Positions 46,153 to 56,724 are shown, counted from the first letter of the stretch. The stretch is 64,000 nt of DNA from an uncultured Candidatus Saccharibacteria bacterium (GCA_964512835.1 CAZELA010000001.1:297372-361371); one strand, 5' to 3'. Program-made: numbers and translations. The notes: generated from the letters alone by a model not told the origin.

Positions 46153-47079
46153 ATGCAAAAAATAACACCCGCGCTGTGGTTCGACAAAAACTGCGAAGAA
46201 GCGGTTAATTTTTATACGAGTGCATTTCCGAATTCGTCGATCAAAACGATTAAACGATACCCGGACGGCATGAATGAGGGCCCGATGCAGGGCATGGGCG
46301 GGAAAGTGCTGACCGCGGTCTTTGAGCTCGACGGACTCACGTTCCAGGCGCTCGACGGCGGACCGTATTTCAAGCTGAACCCGGCGATTTCTTTTATGGT
46401 GAACTTCGATCCGTCCCGCAATCCCGATGCTGCGGCTGATCTGGATGTGCTCTGGTCCAAGCTATCCGAAGGTGCGACGGTTCGAATGCCGAAACAGGAA
46501 TACCCGTTCAGTAAGATGTACGGCTGGGTAGAGGACCGATTCGGTGTGAACTGGCAGCTCATTCTTACGAATCCCGACGGAGAACCGCGTCCGAACATCA
46601 TTCCGTCGCTCATGTACACGAAGGATGCGAGCGGAAAAGCCGAAGAGGCGGCGAATTTCTACGTATCGCTGTTCACTAATTCCCGTATGGGTACGGTGGC
46701 GAAATATCCCGATGGAATGCCGGCCGGCGTGCCCGGAGGCGTCATGTTCGAGGATTTCATGCTCGACGGACAGTGGTTTGCCGCGATGGACGCGGGGCAG
46801 GAACATGACTTCCGATTTAATGAAGCTGTATCATTTTCCGTTGAAACTGCAGACCAGGAAGAAACCGATTTCTTTTTCAAGAGCTTGAGTGCCGTACCGG
46901 AAAGTGAGCAGTGTGGCTGGCTCAAGGATAAGTACGGCGTCTCGTGGCAGATTGTGCCGAAGCGAATGGCGGAACTGCTCTCATCGTCGGATCAGGAAAA
47001 GTCGACCAAGGCACTCAGCGCCATGCTGAAGATGAAAAAAATCGACATTGCGGGTCTTGAAGCAGCCTACAATTCCTGA
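46153..47079 (+). CDS. VOC-fold protein, tandem PhnB/YjdN-like (3-demethylubiquinone-9 3-methyltransferase-like) domains
   Basis: Two repeats each beginning ITPxLWFD / IIPSLMYTKDASGKAEEAANFY with GW ... NWQ motifs. Confidence 0.65.
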   Translation: MQKITPALWFDKNCEEAVNFYTSAFPNSSIKTIKRYPDGMNEGPMQGMGGKVLTAVFELDGLTFQALDGGPYFKLNPAISFMVNFDPSRNPDAAADLDVLWSKLSEGATVRMPKQEYPFSKMYGWVEDRFGVNWQLILTNPDGEPRPNIIPSLMYTKDASGKAEEAANFYVSLFTNSRMGTVAKYPDGMPAGVPGGVMFEDFMLDGQWFAAMDAGQEHDFRFNEAVSFSVETADQEETDFFFKSLSAVPESEQCGWLKDKYGVSWQIVPKRMAELLSSSDQEKSTKALSAMLKMKKIDIAGLEAAYNS

Positions 47080-47084
47080 GCGTC

Positions 47085-47969
47085 TCAGTCGTTGAACGAA
47101 ATCAGATAGGTATCGATCAGGCGCTGATCGAGATCATAGAACGTCTTGCCTTCCGCGTGCAGTCGGGTCGCAAGTTCGACGCCCACATATCGCCAATGCC
47201 ACGGTTCGAAAATAAAGTGACCGTTTCCTTTCGGATACGAGAGTATGAATCCGTATTCGTGCGCGTGTTCCTTGAGCCACGTGAATCCCTGCGTCTTATC
47301 GAATCCGCTGAGTCCGGCTTTCAGCTCAGGCATTGTAAAGTCGAGCGTAGTGCCGAGCTGGTGTTCGGAGTATCCTTGGTCTGCGGAGAATGAATTTGCA
47401 GTACCTGCTCCGTAGGTAACTTTGTACCCTTCTTTAAGTGCCGCCTGTGTATCAAAGGATCGGTAGGCCGAAAGGGCGAGTAGGTGTACGCCGCTCGAGC
47501 TTGCCGCATTGAACAGATCGTTGAGATGTTTCGACGCGGAGGTAAGGAAATATTCCTGCTTATCCGGTCGCGCAAGATACTGCGGGGGTATGGGGGCAAC
47601 CTGTGCCGGTACGTAATTTTCGTTCAAAAAGTACACCGACGAATATTTTGCGAGCAGCTGTCTGTCGGTTTTGCTGAGCTTATCCAGGATGCCCACAGTT
47701 CCCGCGATCGATTCAACCTGGGCTCCGAGCGCAGCTTTTTCCGCTTCGCGTTGCTCGAGCAGGTGCTTGAGGTCGTCGGCAAGTGTGTCGGAATTGATCA
47801 GGTCCTTGGTGAGCTGATCTGATTGCTCGGTAAGTCGGGCAGACAACTCGCGTTCGGCCGTATATGCGATCTCCAGTTTGTTGTATTCATTGACTCCAAA
47901 GACCAATGCGCATGCAAGCACGAGGGAGAGTATCGAAGCGACCGTGGCGGGTGACAGAAGGGTCTTCAT
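47085..47969 (-). CDS. M15B (VanY-like) D-alanyl-D-alanine carboxypeptidase family protein
   Basis: SEHQLGTTLD (SxHxxGxAxD) and EPWHWRY motifs. Start at MKTLLSP signal anchor. Confidence 0.7.
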   Translation of the reverse strand: MKTLLSPATVASILSLVLACALVFGVNEYNKLEIAYTAERELSARLTEQSDQLTKDLINSDTLADDLKHLLEQREAEKAALGAQVESIAGTVGILDKLSKTDRQLLAKYSSVYFLNENYVPAQVAPIPPQYLARPDKQEYFLTSASKHLNDLFNAASSSGVHLLALSAYRSFDTQAALKEGYKVTYGAGTANSFSADQGYSEHQLGTTLDFTMPELKAGLSGFDKTQGFTWLKEHAHEYGFILSYPKGNGHFIFEPWHWRYVGVELATRLHAEGKTFYDLDQRLIDTYLISFND

Positions 47970-48025
47970 CGACGCGATTGTAGCATGCGTCGAAATGCGT
48001 CGGCTTTTGCTATATAGTGACCCGA

Positions 48026-48910
48026 ATGACGACGAATACGACCGAGTGGCAGGTACTCCTGTTCTATAAGTACGTACCCGTAGCAAATCCGCAGGAATGT
48101 GCCGATGCTTTTCGGGTACGGGCGGCCGAGCTCGCGCTCACCGGACGCGCGATTGTGGCAGAGGAAGGATTGAACGCGACCGTCGAGGGCAGTATCGAAG
48201 CTACAGAATCATTTGCCGCGTGGATACTGTCCGATCCGCGGTTCGCCGACATGCAGATTAAGCGCTCGAAGGGTACCGGTGAGAGTTTCCCGCGCCTGTC
48301 AGTAAAGGTTCGTGCAGAGATCGTCGGAACAGGGTTTAGTCGCGACGAAGCCGACCCGTATGTTAAGACCGCGCCGCGCCTGACTCCGGAGGAGTTGAAA
48401 GCGTGGTACGAAGAGGCGCGCGACTTCACGGTGATCGACATGCGTAACAACTACGAATTCGCATCCGGTCACTTTAAGAACGCCGTCCAGCCCGACATCT
48501 CTGCGTCGCGTCATTTGCCGCTTGCGATGGAAAAGCTGAGTCCGCTCAAAGACAGACCGGTCGTTACGGTTTGTACGGGCGGGGTACGCTGCGAAAAAAT
48601 GGCCGCATATCTTTTGAGTCACGGTTTTACCGACGTGCATCAGCTCGACGGCGGGATCCATTCATATATGGAACAGTTTCCGGGAGAGGACTTTGAAGGG
48701 ACGCTCTACACATTCGATAAGCGCCTCACCATGGATTTCGGCGGCGAGCGCTCAGTGATAGGTCGTTGCCGTCTCTGTAATGCGTCAACCGAGCACTACG
48801 TTGATTGTGCTGAAGACACGTGTCACTACCATTTTCTGGCGTGTGCGAATTGCACCGACGAGCGCGGCAGGGCTTTTTGCAGTGATGAATGTCGGATGAC
48901 TCGCGTATGA
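48026..48910 (+). CDS. trhO: rhodanese-domain tRNA uridine(34) hydroxylase (TrhO/YceA family)
   Basis: WQVLLFYKY start, rhodanese active-site loop CTGGVRCEK, Cys-rich C-terminus. Confidence 0.75.
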   Translation: MTTNTTEWQVLLFYKYVPVANPQECADAFRVRAAELALTGRAIVAEEGLNATVEGSIEATESFAAWILSDPRFADMQIKRSKGTGESFPRLSVKVRAEIVGTGFSRDEADPYVKTAPRLTPEELKAWYEEARDFTVIDMRNNYEFASGHFKNAVQPDISASRHLPLAMEKLSPLKDRPVVTVCTGGVRCEKMAAYLLSHGFTDVHQLDGGIHSYMEQFPGEDFEGTLYTFDKRLTMDFGGERSVIGRCRLCNASTEHYVDCAEDTCHYHFLACANCTDERGRAFCSDECRMTRV

Positions 48911-49479
48911 ACATAAAGCAGGCGGAATTCATGCGCGGTATCCGCGGTACCGACGAACTATTGCAGGACGGGACTCCGCAGTTCGCTTTCATCGGGCGAT
49001 CCAATGTGGGTAAATCAAGTTTGCTCAATGCACTTACGGAACGAAAGCAGCTTGCGCGAGTCGGTAAGAAGCCGGGGAAGACAACAGAGATCAATATCTA
49101 TCGCATAAACAACGACCGATACTTTATGGACCTGCCCGGATACGGTTATGCCGAGGCAACCCCTGCCGAGCGCGAAAAATTGCGTAAACTCATTATTTGG
49201 TATTTCACGTCCGACGAGGCGCGGCCTGTCCTGACGGTTCTTATACTCGAGGCAAAAGCCGGTCTGACTCGATTCGATGAGGAGATGTTGCGGGTACTTC
49301 GCGAACGCGAACTTCCGTACGTGATCGTGCTCAACAAAGTCGATAAACTTTCGCAGAAAGAGCTCACCGAGAAAGTCCGCGATATCAAAGAGCGATCTCT
49401 GGAAGCCGAGATCATACAGACGTCGACCGAGACGGGTAAGGGGGTCAGTGCGCTGCGCGACCGGATACTCGGACTATGA
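48907..49479 (+). CDS. engB: ribosome biogenesis GTP-binding protein EngB/YsxC
   Basis: G1 GRSNVGKSSLLNAL, DLPGYG, NKVDK. ATGA overlap with trhO. Confidence 0.85.
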   Translation: MNIKQAEFMRGIRGTDELLQDGTPQFAFIGRSNVGKSSLLNALTERKQLARVGKKPGKTTEINIYRINNDRYFMDLPGYGYAEATPAEREKLRKLIIWYFTSDEARPVLTVLILEAKAGLTRFDEEMLRVLRERELPYVIVLNKVDKLSQKELTEKVRDIKERSLEAEIIQTSTETGKGVSALRDRILGL

Positions 49480-49850
49480 GCAAGCGCGTGCTGCTGAGCG
49501 CGATTGTGGTAGCGCTCGTGCTGGGTGTAACGCTCGGTTACTACCGTGGTGCACCGAACGATTTTGTAGAAGCGCCTGATACGTCGGTCGATTACGGATA
49601 TCGATGCGGTGACGGGTCGGAGTTCACTATTGTTCCAAGCGAGGATATGGCGTCACTGATGATCGTGCCCGCTACGAGTGCGGATTACGTACCGCAGACA
49701 GTGCTGAATCGCATAGCCACCGATGTGTTCGAGGGTGCCGGTGTTACATTTACGGCACATGATGTATCCGCCGAGCTCGGTACGACTGAACACGGGACCA
49801 CGACGTGCGCATCGATGAATCCGCCGAAGACCACGCTGTTTCATCATTAG
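49476..49850 (+). CDS. membrane-anchored hypothetical protein
   Basis: TM anchor. ATGA overlap with engB. Confidence 0.4.
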   Translation: MSKRVLLSAIVVALVLGVTLGYYRGAPNDFVEAPDTSVDYGYRCGDGSEFTIVPSEDMASLMIVPATSADYVPQTVLNRIATDVFEGAGVTFTAHDVSAELGTTEHGTTTCASMNPPKTTLFHH

Positions 49851-49861
49851 TACACTGCGGT

Positions 49862-50317
49862 ATGAACTATTGGCTCATAAAATCGGAACCGGGCTCGTAT
49901 TCAATCGATGATCTGATGCGCGACAAGAAAACTGCGTGGGAAGGTGTGCGAAATTTTCAGGCGCGGAATCATATGCGTGCCATGAAAAAGGGAGACCTGC
50001 TGCTGTTCTATCATTCATCTACAGATCCTGCGGGTGTCGCGGGTATCGCAACCGTTGTCCGCGAGGCGCACGCGGACATGAGCCAGTTCGCAGAGGGCGA
50101 CTATTTCGAGCCGAAAGCCACGAAAGAACGACCGGTATGGGAGTGTGTTGATGTTGCCTTCGTTGCAAAAGTGAAGCGGTTTGTACCGCTTAATGAGCTC
50201 CGCGGAGAACCGGCGCTTCGGGCAATGGTGCTGTTACAACGCGGATCACGTCTATCGGTGCAGCCGGTCACCGAGGGGGAGTTTGCCCACATTCAAGCAC
50301 TATCGGAGAAGGTATAG
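49862..50317 (+). CDS. EVE (PUA-like) domain protein
   Basis: MNYWLIKSEPGSYSIDDL canonical EVE N-terminus. Confidence 0.75.
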   Translation: MNYWLIKSEPGSYSIDDLMRDKKTAWEGVRNFQARNHMRAMKKGDLLLFYHSSTDPAGVAGIATVVREAHADMSQFAEGDYFEPKATKERPVWECVDVAFVAKVKRFVPLNELRGEPALRAMVLLQRGSRLSVQPVTEGEFAHIQALSEKV

Positions 50318-50342
50318 AGCATTTGAACGATATACTGTCCGC

Positions 50343-51611
50343 ATGAAGCTTCACACGCCGGTCTTGGTCGTGTTCGCACTCGTTGTATCTGTGTGGTTCG
50401 TTTCCGGACCGCTCCCATTCGTTACCCGACCGGATACGATGACTGCAAATAATGCCGCAGTCGTCGCCACATCGGTGACGGTAACGATTCCGAAAGGCGG
50501 CGCAAAACAGGTAGTACTTTCAAAAGACAGACTGCTGGCCCTTGCCGACACGTTGTATCAGGACGGGCAGGTGCCGCTCGGGGATTACCGGTATTCGACG
50601 ACTGTCGCAAAGCGCGGATCGGTGTATTTGTGCAACGCCCGCAAGGACAATCCCGGCTCATCGGTGAACGGTCCGTGGATCAAGGGCGACACATGGAATT
50701 TTCTCGACAAAGTGAACGTCTCGGGCAGTGTGTCGTGGAAGAACGCAAAATTCACTAATGTGGTCTCCGGTAACACGCGCACGCTTGCGGGTAATGCATT
50801 GCCGATAAGTCATACGACCGGCACGTTCCCTGTATCGCGGTCCGATGCCGCTGCCGCGTACGACCCGAATCCGAATACGATTGCCGCTCAGACGATATCG
50901 CTCAAGTTGCCCGCAAATCCCGTGTATTCAGAAACGCCGTACTGCATGGGTGGAGAGGTTGGCATCATGCTCACGGGGGTTCCACTTTTTAATGCCTTTG
51001 ATGCGGGTCTGCGCGATGCACCGGCACACGAATTACAGGACAGCTGCGACGGGCATCCCCAGGGCAGCGGCGAATATCACTACCACAGCATGTCGTCGTG
51101 CTTTAAGGATGACAGCGTGGAAACGGTGCTCGGCTATGCGTACGACGGATTTCCGATCACCGGATCGAAAGTCGCGGACGGTAAGTTCCTAACGACGGAC
51201 GATCTGGATGAATGTCACGGGATCACGAGTGACGTGATCGTAGACGGCAAAAAGAAGACGACATACCACTATGTCATGACCGTGGACTTCCCGTATTCTG
51301 CGGGTTGCTTCCGCGCGAAGCCTGTAACGACCGGACCGAGCGCCGGTCAACCCGGGCAGGGTGGCGCGCAGCAGGCAGGAGTACGGTCAACGGGTACACA
51401 GCAGATAAATCCGGCGGCGCAGAATCAACAGGCTCCGCAAGGCGGTCTGCCGACGCAGGCAGGCACACCCCCGCAGGAAGCAACGAACGCGTGCGCGAGT
51501 TCGACATTCAACGATGAATGCTCGTTCACCAGTCCGCGAGGGGACACTGTCTCCGGGGTGTGCGGGGCGCCGCCTGGTGCTACAAGGCTCGCCTGTATCC
51601 CGTCTCGGTAG
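50343..51611 (+). CDS. secreted YHYH-domain protein with Gln/Pro-rich linker and Cys-rich C-terminus
   Basis: Signal anchor. GEYHYHSMSSC YHYH motif. Confidence 0.55.
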   Translation: MKLHTPVLVVFALVVSVWFVSGPLPFVTRPDTMTANNAAVVATSVTVTIPKGGAKQVVLSKDRLLALADTLYQDGQVPLGDYRYSTTVAKRGSVYLCNARKDNPGSSVNGPWIKGDTWNFLDKVNVSGSVSWKNAKFTNVVSGNTRTLAGNALPISHTTGTFPVSRSDAAAAYDPNPNTIAAQTISLKLPANPVYSETPYCMGGEVGIMLTGVPLFNAFDAGLRDAPAHELQDSCDGHPQGSGEYHYHSMSSCFKDDSVETVLGYAYDGFPITGSKVADGKFLTTDDLDECHGITSDVIVDGKKKTTYHYVMTVDFPYSAGCFRAKPVTTGPSAGQPGQGGAQQAGVRSTGTQQINPAAQNQQAPQGGLPTQAGTPPQEATNACASSTFNDECSFTSPRGDTVSGVCGAPPGATRLACIPSR

Positions 51612-51669
51612 TAGAGGTGGCCTGTATTGACTCGTACATTAATCTGTGGCAGAATTGGTCCCTGCCACT

Positions 51670-51822
51670 ATGACGAAGAATTTCCTACAGGATGGTAAGT
51701 GGATCGAGAAACCGACCGCGGTGGCCGTCGTCATGTGTAAATGTGGCGGTAAATACATCAAAACACGACCCAAACAGACGGCATGCCTGCAGTGCATGAA
51801 GTCATTCGCAATCAACGCATAA
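51670..51822 (+). CDS. 50-aa zinc-ribbon peptide, speculative
   Basis: CKCGG ... CLQC. Followed by AACCGCCCTG-TA-CAGGGCGGTT hairpin. Confidence 0.3.
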   Translation: MTKNFLQDGKWIEKPTAVAVVMCKCGGKYIKTRPKQTACLQCMKSFAINA

Positions 51823-51877
51823 ACCAAACCGCCCTGTACAGGGCGGTTCTCCGTTTACACGTGGTACCGTACCCTGC

Positions 51878-52147
51878 ATGTACTTCGTGTACGTACTGCG
51901 ATGCAAAGACGACTCGCTGTATACCGGGATCACAAACGACCTGGAGCGGCGGCTCCGCGCACATAAAGCAGGAACGGCAAGCAGTTATACGCGGTCGCGT
52001 CGGGCGGATCGCTTTGTATATATCGAACGCAAGCGAACCAAAGGTACCGCGCTCAAGCGAGAAGCTGCCATCAAAAGACTGACGAGGGTGCAGAAACTCA
52101 CGCTCATCAAAAACGCAAAAGTTGGTAAAACGCCAACTGTGCGGTAG
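51878..52147 (+). CDS. GIY-YIG nuclease family protein (UPF0213/YhbQ-like)
   Basis: MYFVYVLRCKDDSLYTGITNDLERRLRAH matches the GIY-YIG core. Confidence 0.8.
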   Translation: MYFVYVLRCKDDSLYTGITNDLERRLRAHKAGTASSYTRSRRADRFVYIERKRTKGTALKREAAIKRLTRVQKLTLIKNAKVGKTPTVR

Positions 52148-52156
52148 GTTCTGTGG

Positions 52157-53605
52157 ATGTCCGGTATCGAAACCGTCGTACGGTTCAACAGTGTGTCGTA
52201 CGAATATAACGCGAAAAAACGCATCCTCGATGAGGCATCCTTTTCGATTAAGCGCGGGGCCAAGCTCACGCTCATGGGTCAAAATGGTGCGGGCAAGAGT
52301 ACTATTTTCGGTCTGATCACAAAGGCGATCGTGCCTGAAGACGGCGATATCAATATTCCGCACGGACTGTCGATTGCGATCGCACGACAGGTAATACCCC
52401 GAAAGGAGCTCGATCTCTCGGTACGGGATTTTTTTCAGGCTGTCTTTCCTAAAAAGGTGTACGACATCGATCCTAAGATCGATGAAGTACTCGAGATCGT
52501 GAACCTCCACGCGCCGCACGATCGCATTGTGCGATCATTCTCCGGCGGTCAGCAGGCGCGACTGCTGCTTGCCTCAGCGCTCATTCAGAATCCCGACGTT
52601 TTGCTGCTCGACGAACCCACAAACAATCTTGATAAAGAAGGCATCGCGCACCTGACCGTTTTCCTCCAAAAATATCCGAAGACGTGTGTCGTTATTTCTC
52701 ACGATGCGGACTTTTTGAATTCGTTCACGCAGGGAGTGTTGTATTTAGACGTTCGTACACAAAAGGTAGAGCAGTATGTGGGCGACTACAATGATGTGCT
52801 TGATCAGATAAAGGCGCGCATCGAAAAGGAGAACATGAAAAACGCGCAGCTCGCGAAGAAGATCCAGGCAAATAAGGATCAGGCTAATGTGTTCGCCCAC
52901 AAGGGCGGCGGCATGCGCTTGGTTGCAAAGCGAATGCGTCAGGCGGCGGAAGATGCGGAAGAAGAGATGGTTGATGTCCGCCGGGAAGATAAGACTATTA
53001 AGGCGTTCACCATACCGTGCCCGGAGAATATGACGGGCGAGCTGGTGCGTATAGAGTCATTCAAAGTGATTCTCGACCACAAGCCGAAGGTTAAAAAGAA
53101 GTTGGTCACACTCAAAAAGAACCAGCACCTGCTTTTGACGGGCCCCAACGGTATCGGTAAATCGACGCTGCTCGAGTCAATCGTTAATAAAGAGGACGGC
53201 ACGATTCTCGCCGATGGTGCTCGGGTGGGTTATTACCGCCAGGACTTTTCAAACTTGGATTTTGATAAAACGGTCCACGAGGAACTCATGGCCGTAATGG
53301 AAAAGAAGTATGAAGAAACACTACGTTCGGTCGCAGCGGGCTTTCTGCTGACCGGCGACATCATTTATACAAAAATCGGACACCTATCCGAGGGGCAGAA
53401 AGGTCTTGTCGCGTTTGCCCGGCTCGTGTTGATGAAGCCGGCGATCCTCATTCTTGATGAGCCGACGAACCATATCAACTTCCGCCACATTCCGGTCATC
53501 GGGAAGGCGCTCGACGAATACAAGGGTGCAATGATACTGGTCAGCCACGTTCCTGAATTTGTCTCCGGGGTGCGGATAGACGAGACCCTCGACCTATCAA
53601 AGTAG
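52157..53605 (+). CDS. ABC-F family ATPase
   Basis: Two ABC ATPase domains, each with Walker A (GQNGAGKST, GPNGIGKST), signature and Walker B motifs. No TM domain. Confidence 0.8.
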   Translation: MSGIETVVRFNSVSYEYNAKKRILDEASFSIKRGAKLTLMGQNGAGKSTIFGLITKAIVPEDGDINIPHGLSIAIARQVIPRKELDLSVRDFFQAVFPKKVYDIDPKIDEVLEIVNLHAPHDRIVRSFSGGQQARLLLASALIQNPDVLLLDEPTNNLDKEGIAHLTVFLQKYPKTCVVISHDADFLNSFTQGVLYLDVRTQKVEQYVGDYNDVLDQIKARIEKENMKNAQLAKKIQANKDQANVFAHKGGGMRLVAKRMRQAAEDAEEEMVDVRREDKTIKAFTIPCPENMTGELVRIESFKVILDHKPKVKKKLVTLKKNQHLLLTGPNGIGKSTLLESIVNKEDGTILADGARVGYYRQDFSNLDFDKTVHEELMAVMEKKYEETLRSVAAGFLLTGDIIYTKIGHLSEGQKGLVAFARLVLMKPAILILDEPTNHINFRHIPVIGKALDEYKGAMILVSHVPEFVSGVRIDETLDLSK

Positions 53606-53623
53606 CGTGCTACGCTTTACGGT

Positions 53624-54196
53624 ATGAATACCAGCCTGAAGCTTTCGTTCTTCGGGGTGATGATGCTCGCGCTTGCGGCGGCGATATTTGCTGCCGGACA
53701 CCAGACAAAAGGGGTTGAGCGCGCCGCAGGATCTGCTGCGCAGCGAGACATGTCGACATCGAGCGGCTACATACAGGAGCGTTCGCAGGCCCGACTGACG
53801 CCGTTGCAATACGAGGTGACGCAAAAAAACGGCACCGAACCGCCGTTCCGAAATGAGTATTGGGACAATCACCAAGACGGCATCTATGTCGACATAGTCT
53901 CCGGAGAAGTTCTGTTCTCGTCTGCAGACAAATACGATTCAGGTACCGGTTGGCCGTCGTTCACGAAACCGCTCGAGCCCGATAATGTCGTGACACGATC
54001 GGACACAGAGCTCGGGATTGAACGCACGGAAGTGCGATCCAAACATGCCGATTCGCACCTTGGCCATGTGTTCAACGACGGACCCGCGCCGCTCGGTCTT
54101 CGGTACTGTATGAACTCTGCTGCACTTCGGTTCGTACCGGCAGCCGATTTGGAGCGCGAGGGATACGGCGAGTACGCGCACCTCTTTCGACAGTAG
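53624..54196 (+). CDS. msrB: peptide methionine sulfoxide reductase B with N-terminal signal anchor
   Basis: [26 protein letters not shown]. Confidence 0.85.
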   Translation: MNTSLKLSFFGVMMLALAAAIFAAGHQTKGVERAAGSAAQRDMSTSSGYIQERSQARLTPLQYEVTQKNGTEPPFRNEYWDNHQDGIYVDIVSGEVLFSSADKYDSGTGWPSFTKPLEPDNVVTRSDTELGIERTEVRSKHADSHLGHVFNDGPAPLGLRYCMNSAALRFVPAADLEREGYGEYAHLFRQ

Positions 54197-54205
54197 GAAC
54201 GGGAA

Positions 54206-54913
54206 TTAGAGCCCGAGCGTGTCAAGAAACTCCTTGAGCTCCGGGCCCGTGATCTTGCGATACTGACCGATCTTGAGTGCTCCAAGACGTATGTTCAAAA
54301 TGCGGGTGCGTTTGAGATCGCCGACACTCTGCCCGAGTGCTCCGCACATGCGGCGGATTTGATGTTTTTTGCCCTCGGTTATCGTAAACGTGAATTTTTT
54401 GTCACCACGTTTTACGATTGAGCACTGTTTCGTAACATAACCGCCGATATCGATGCCCGCCTCAAGTTTCTTTGCAAAATAGCTCGGCGGTTTTTCTCGG
54501 GTGAGAACCTCATATTCCTTTTCGTGTTCGTGTTCGGGGTTCAAGAGGGCGTCGGTTAGGCGGCCGTCGTCGGTCAGAATAATGAGGCCGTATGAATCCT
54601 TGTCGAGTCGTCCGACGGGAAATACCCCTTGAACCGGCAAGATTTCCTTGATCTCCTGTTCATCGGGATCGATGTCCTTTTGTGCCGAATGAGTGATTAC
54701 GCCGCGGGGCTTGTAGTAGGCGAGATAGCGGAAATCGCTTTTGGGGAGATCAACCTTCACCGTATCCGTTTCGTTGACCTTGTCGCCGAGCTGGGCTTTT
54801 TTGCCGTTAATGAGCACGCGTCCGTGCGCAATGTGTTCGTCCGCTTCGCGTCTGGTGCAGTACTTTTTGTGTGCGAGGTACTTGTTGATGCGCATCGGGT
54901 AGAGACTTTCCAT
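54206..54913 (-). CDS. RsuA/RluB-family pseudouridine synthase
   Basis: S4-like RINKYLA, catalytic GRLDKDSYGLIILTDDG, KKHQIRRMCGALG. Confidence 0.75.
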   Translation of the reverse strand: MESLYPMRINKYLAHKKYCTRREADEHIAHGRVLINGKKAQLGDKVNETDTVKVDLPKSDFRYLAYYKPRGVITHSAQKDIDPDEQEIKEILPVQGVFPVGRLDKDSYGLIILTDDGRLTDALLNPEHEHEKEYEVLTREKPPSYFAKKLEAGIDIGGYVTKQCSIVKRGDKKFTFTITEGKKHQIRRMCGALGQSVGDLKRTRILNIRLGALKIGQYRKITGPELKEFLDTLGL

Positions 54914-55067
54914 AGGGGGGAATTATGCAATGAACTAGGAAAAAAGCAAGCATCACCGTAGGTGATGAAGGGCTTCATAATTCCTACACTCGCGCTTGGC
55001 TACCATTGCCGTATACCCGCAACGCTGCGGGCATTAATTACCCATTATTAAAATAACTAATATACGT

Positions 55068-55319
55068 ATGGAACTTATTGCTTTTCTCGTTCTCGGCGGA
55101 ATCGCCGGCTGGATTGCATCTCTCATCATGGGTACCGATGCATCGCAGGGTATCTTTCTCAATGTTGTTGTCGGCGTTGTCGGTGCGTTCATCGGCGGTA
55201 TGCTGTTCAACGCGTTTGGTAATGCAGGCGTCACCGGCTTTAACATCTACAGCCTTGTAGTTGCCGTGCTCGGTGCCGTTGTACTTTTGTTCATCGTTCG
55301 TCTTTTCCGAAGTGTGTAA
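55068..55319 (+). CDS. GlsB/YeaQ/YmgE family stress-response membrane protein
   Basis: GGIAGWIASLIMG ... GGMLF pattern. Confidence 0.75.
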   Translation: MELIAFLVLGGIAGWIASLIMGTDASQGIFLNVVVGVVGAFIGGMLFNAFGNAGVTGFNIYSLVVAVLGAVVLLFIVRLFRSV

Positions 55320-55334
55320 TTGACGGTTCGGTAC

Positions 55335-55370
55335 AAAAAACGCGCCGACTGCGGCGCGTTTTTTGTTTAT
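55335..55370 (+). terminator. rho-independent terminator
   Basis: AAAAAACGCGCCG-act-GCGGCGCGTTTTTT. Confidence 0.8.
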
Positions 55371-55482
55371 GAACGACGGATAGTGTTGCGCGAGATATCA
55401 ACAGACCTAGCACAGTGTTCCTATTCGTGGTCAAAACAGGTGATACTCTGTTGTCATACATTAATAGTACTCTTTTTATTAC

Positions 55483-55866
55483 ATGGAGATCTTTCTCGCT
55501 AAGTTGTTTGGACTGTATTTTCTTACCATCGGCGTTATCATTTTGATTCGTCGCAAGGCAGTCATGCCGGCAGTAACGGAGCTCGCGGGTAATCGCCCGG
55601 TCCTGCTCACTATCTCGGTCATCGAGATCGGCGCAGGTCTTGCGCTTGCACTCGCGTACCCGGTGATTACCTGGTCCGTAGAAGGCATCTTTTCGGTCAT
55701 CGGCTACATGCTCTTGGTCGAAGGATTGATCTACCTCGCATCACCGTATCGCACCACGCAGAAGTTCATTCGCTCGTTCAATCGTTCTGAATGGTTCATG
55801 GCGGGTGCTGTTGCCTCGGTGCTCGTGGGCGGCTACTTGGTAGCCTACGGATTCAACCTCCTATAG
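55483..55866 (+). CDS. small membrane hypothetical protein
   Basis: Four hydrophobic helices. Confidence 0.4.
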   Translation: MEIFLAKLFGLYFLTIGVIILIRRKAVMPAVTELAGNRPVLLTISVIEIGAGLALALAYPVITWSVEGIFSVIGYMLLVEGLIYLASPYRTTQKFIRSFNRSEWFMAGAVASVLVGGYLVAYGFNLL

Positions 55867-55948
55867 ACCGTCATTCGTCTCCGTGTCTGAAACGCCGGCA
55901 TCAGTGCCGGCGTTTCGCATGTACCCGCGTTTGGTATACTTTTTGCAT

Positions 55949-56707
55949 ATGCCACTTCTCATTCCATTGTTGGTGATAGTCGGTGCGGTCCTACTCGTTA
56001 GCATTAAGCAAATCAATCAGTACGAACGCGGCGTAAAGTTCATGCTCGGTAAATTCAATATGATCATGGAGCCGGGTTGGCGCCTGGTTATTCCCGTTTT
56101 TCAAAGCTACGAAAAAGTTGATATGCGTGTAAAGGCGGTAGATGTGCCGGACCAAAAGGCGATTACGCGCGACAACGTGTCGGTTACCGTGAATGCCGTC
56201 CTGTACTACAAAGTCGACAATGCGGAAAAGGCGATAATCGAAGTAGAGGACTTCCGCTATGCAATTTCGCAATACGCACAAACGACGATGCGGAATGTGG
56301 TGGGCGAAGTAACGCTCGATGAACTGCTGGCACAACGTGAAAAGCTTGCCGCACGCATCGCAGAGATCGTTGATAAGGAATCAGATGCGTGGGGACTCAA
56401 TGTGAACAGTGTGGAGTTGCGCGATGTGTCGCTCCCGAGCGATATGGAACGCACGATTGCAAAGCAGGCGGAAGCAGAGCGCGAAAAGCGAGCCGTCATC
56501 ATTAATTCCGAAGGCGAACTCGCGGCGGCACACAATATGGCTGAGGCGGCACGCATTCTTGCAGAAGTGCCGGGAGCACTCCACCTACGCACACTACAGT
56601 CGATCAATGACATTTCTTCGGATCAGTCCAACACAGTAGTGTTTGGAGTCCCGCTCGAGATTTTGAAATCATTTGAAGGTTTCCACATCACGAAGAAGGG
56701 GCAGTAG
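55949..56707 (+). CDS. SPFH/band-7 (stomatin-like) family protein
   Basis: N-terminal TM anchor. IKQINQYERGVKFMLGKF ... TRDNVSVTVNAVLYYKV SPFH core. Confidence 0.75.
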   Translation: MPLLIPLLVIVGAVLLVSIKQINQYERGVKFMLGKFNMIMEPGWRLVIPVFQSYEKVDMRVKAVDVPDQKAITRDNVSVTVNAVLYYKVDNAEKAIIEVEDFRYAISQYAQTTMRNVVGEVTLDELLAQREKLAARIAEIVDKESDAWGLNVNSVELRDVSLPSDMERTIAKQAEAEREKRAVIINSEGELAAAHNMAEAARILAEVPGALHLRTLQSINDISSDQSNTVVFGVPLEILKSFEGFHITKKGQ

Positions 56708-56724
56708 CGTGTTATATAAGAGAG

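Noticed and set aside
51812-52519. 235-aa minus-strand ORF in the six-frame track
   Set aside because: It is antisense to, and overlapping, two well-supported plus-strand genes (GIY-YIG with a perfect family motif, and the ABC-F ATPase). It is a typical spurious long ORF of high-GC DNA.
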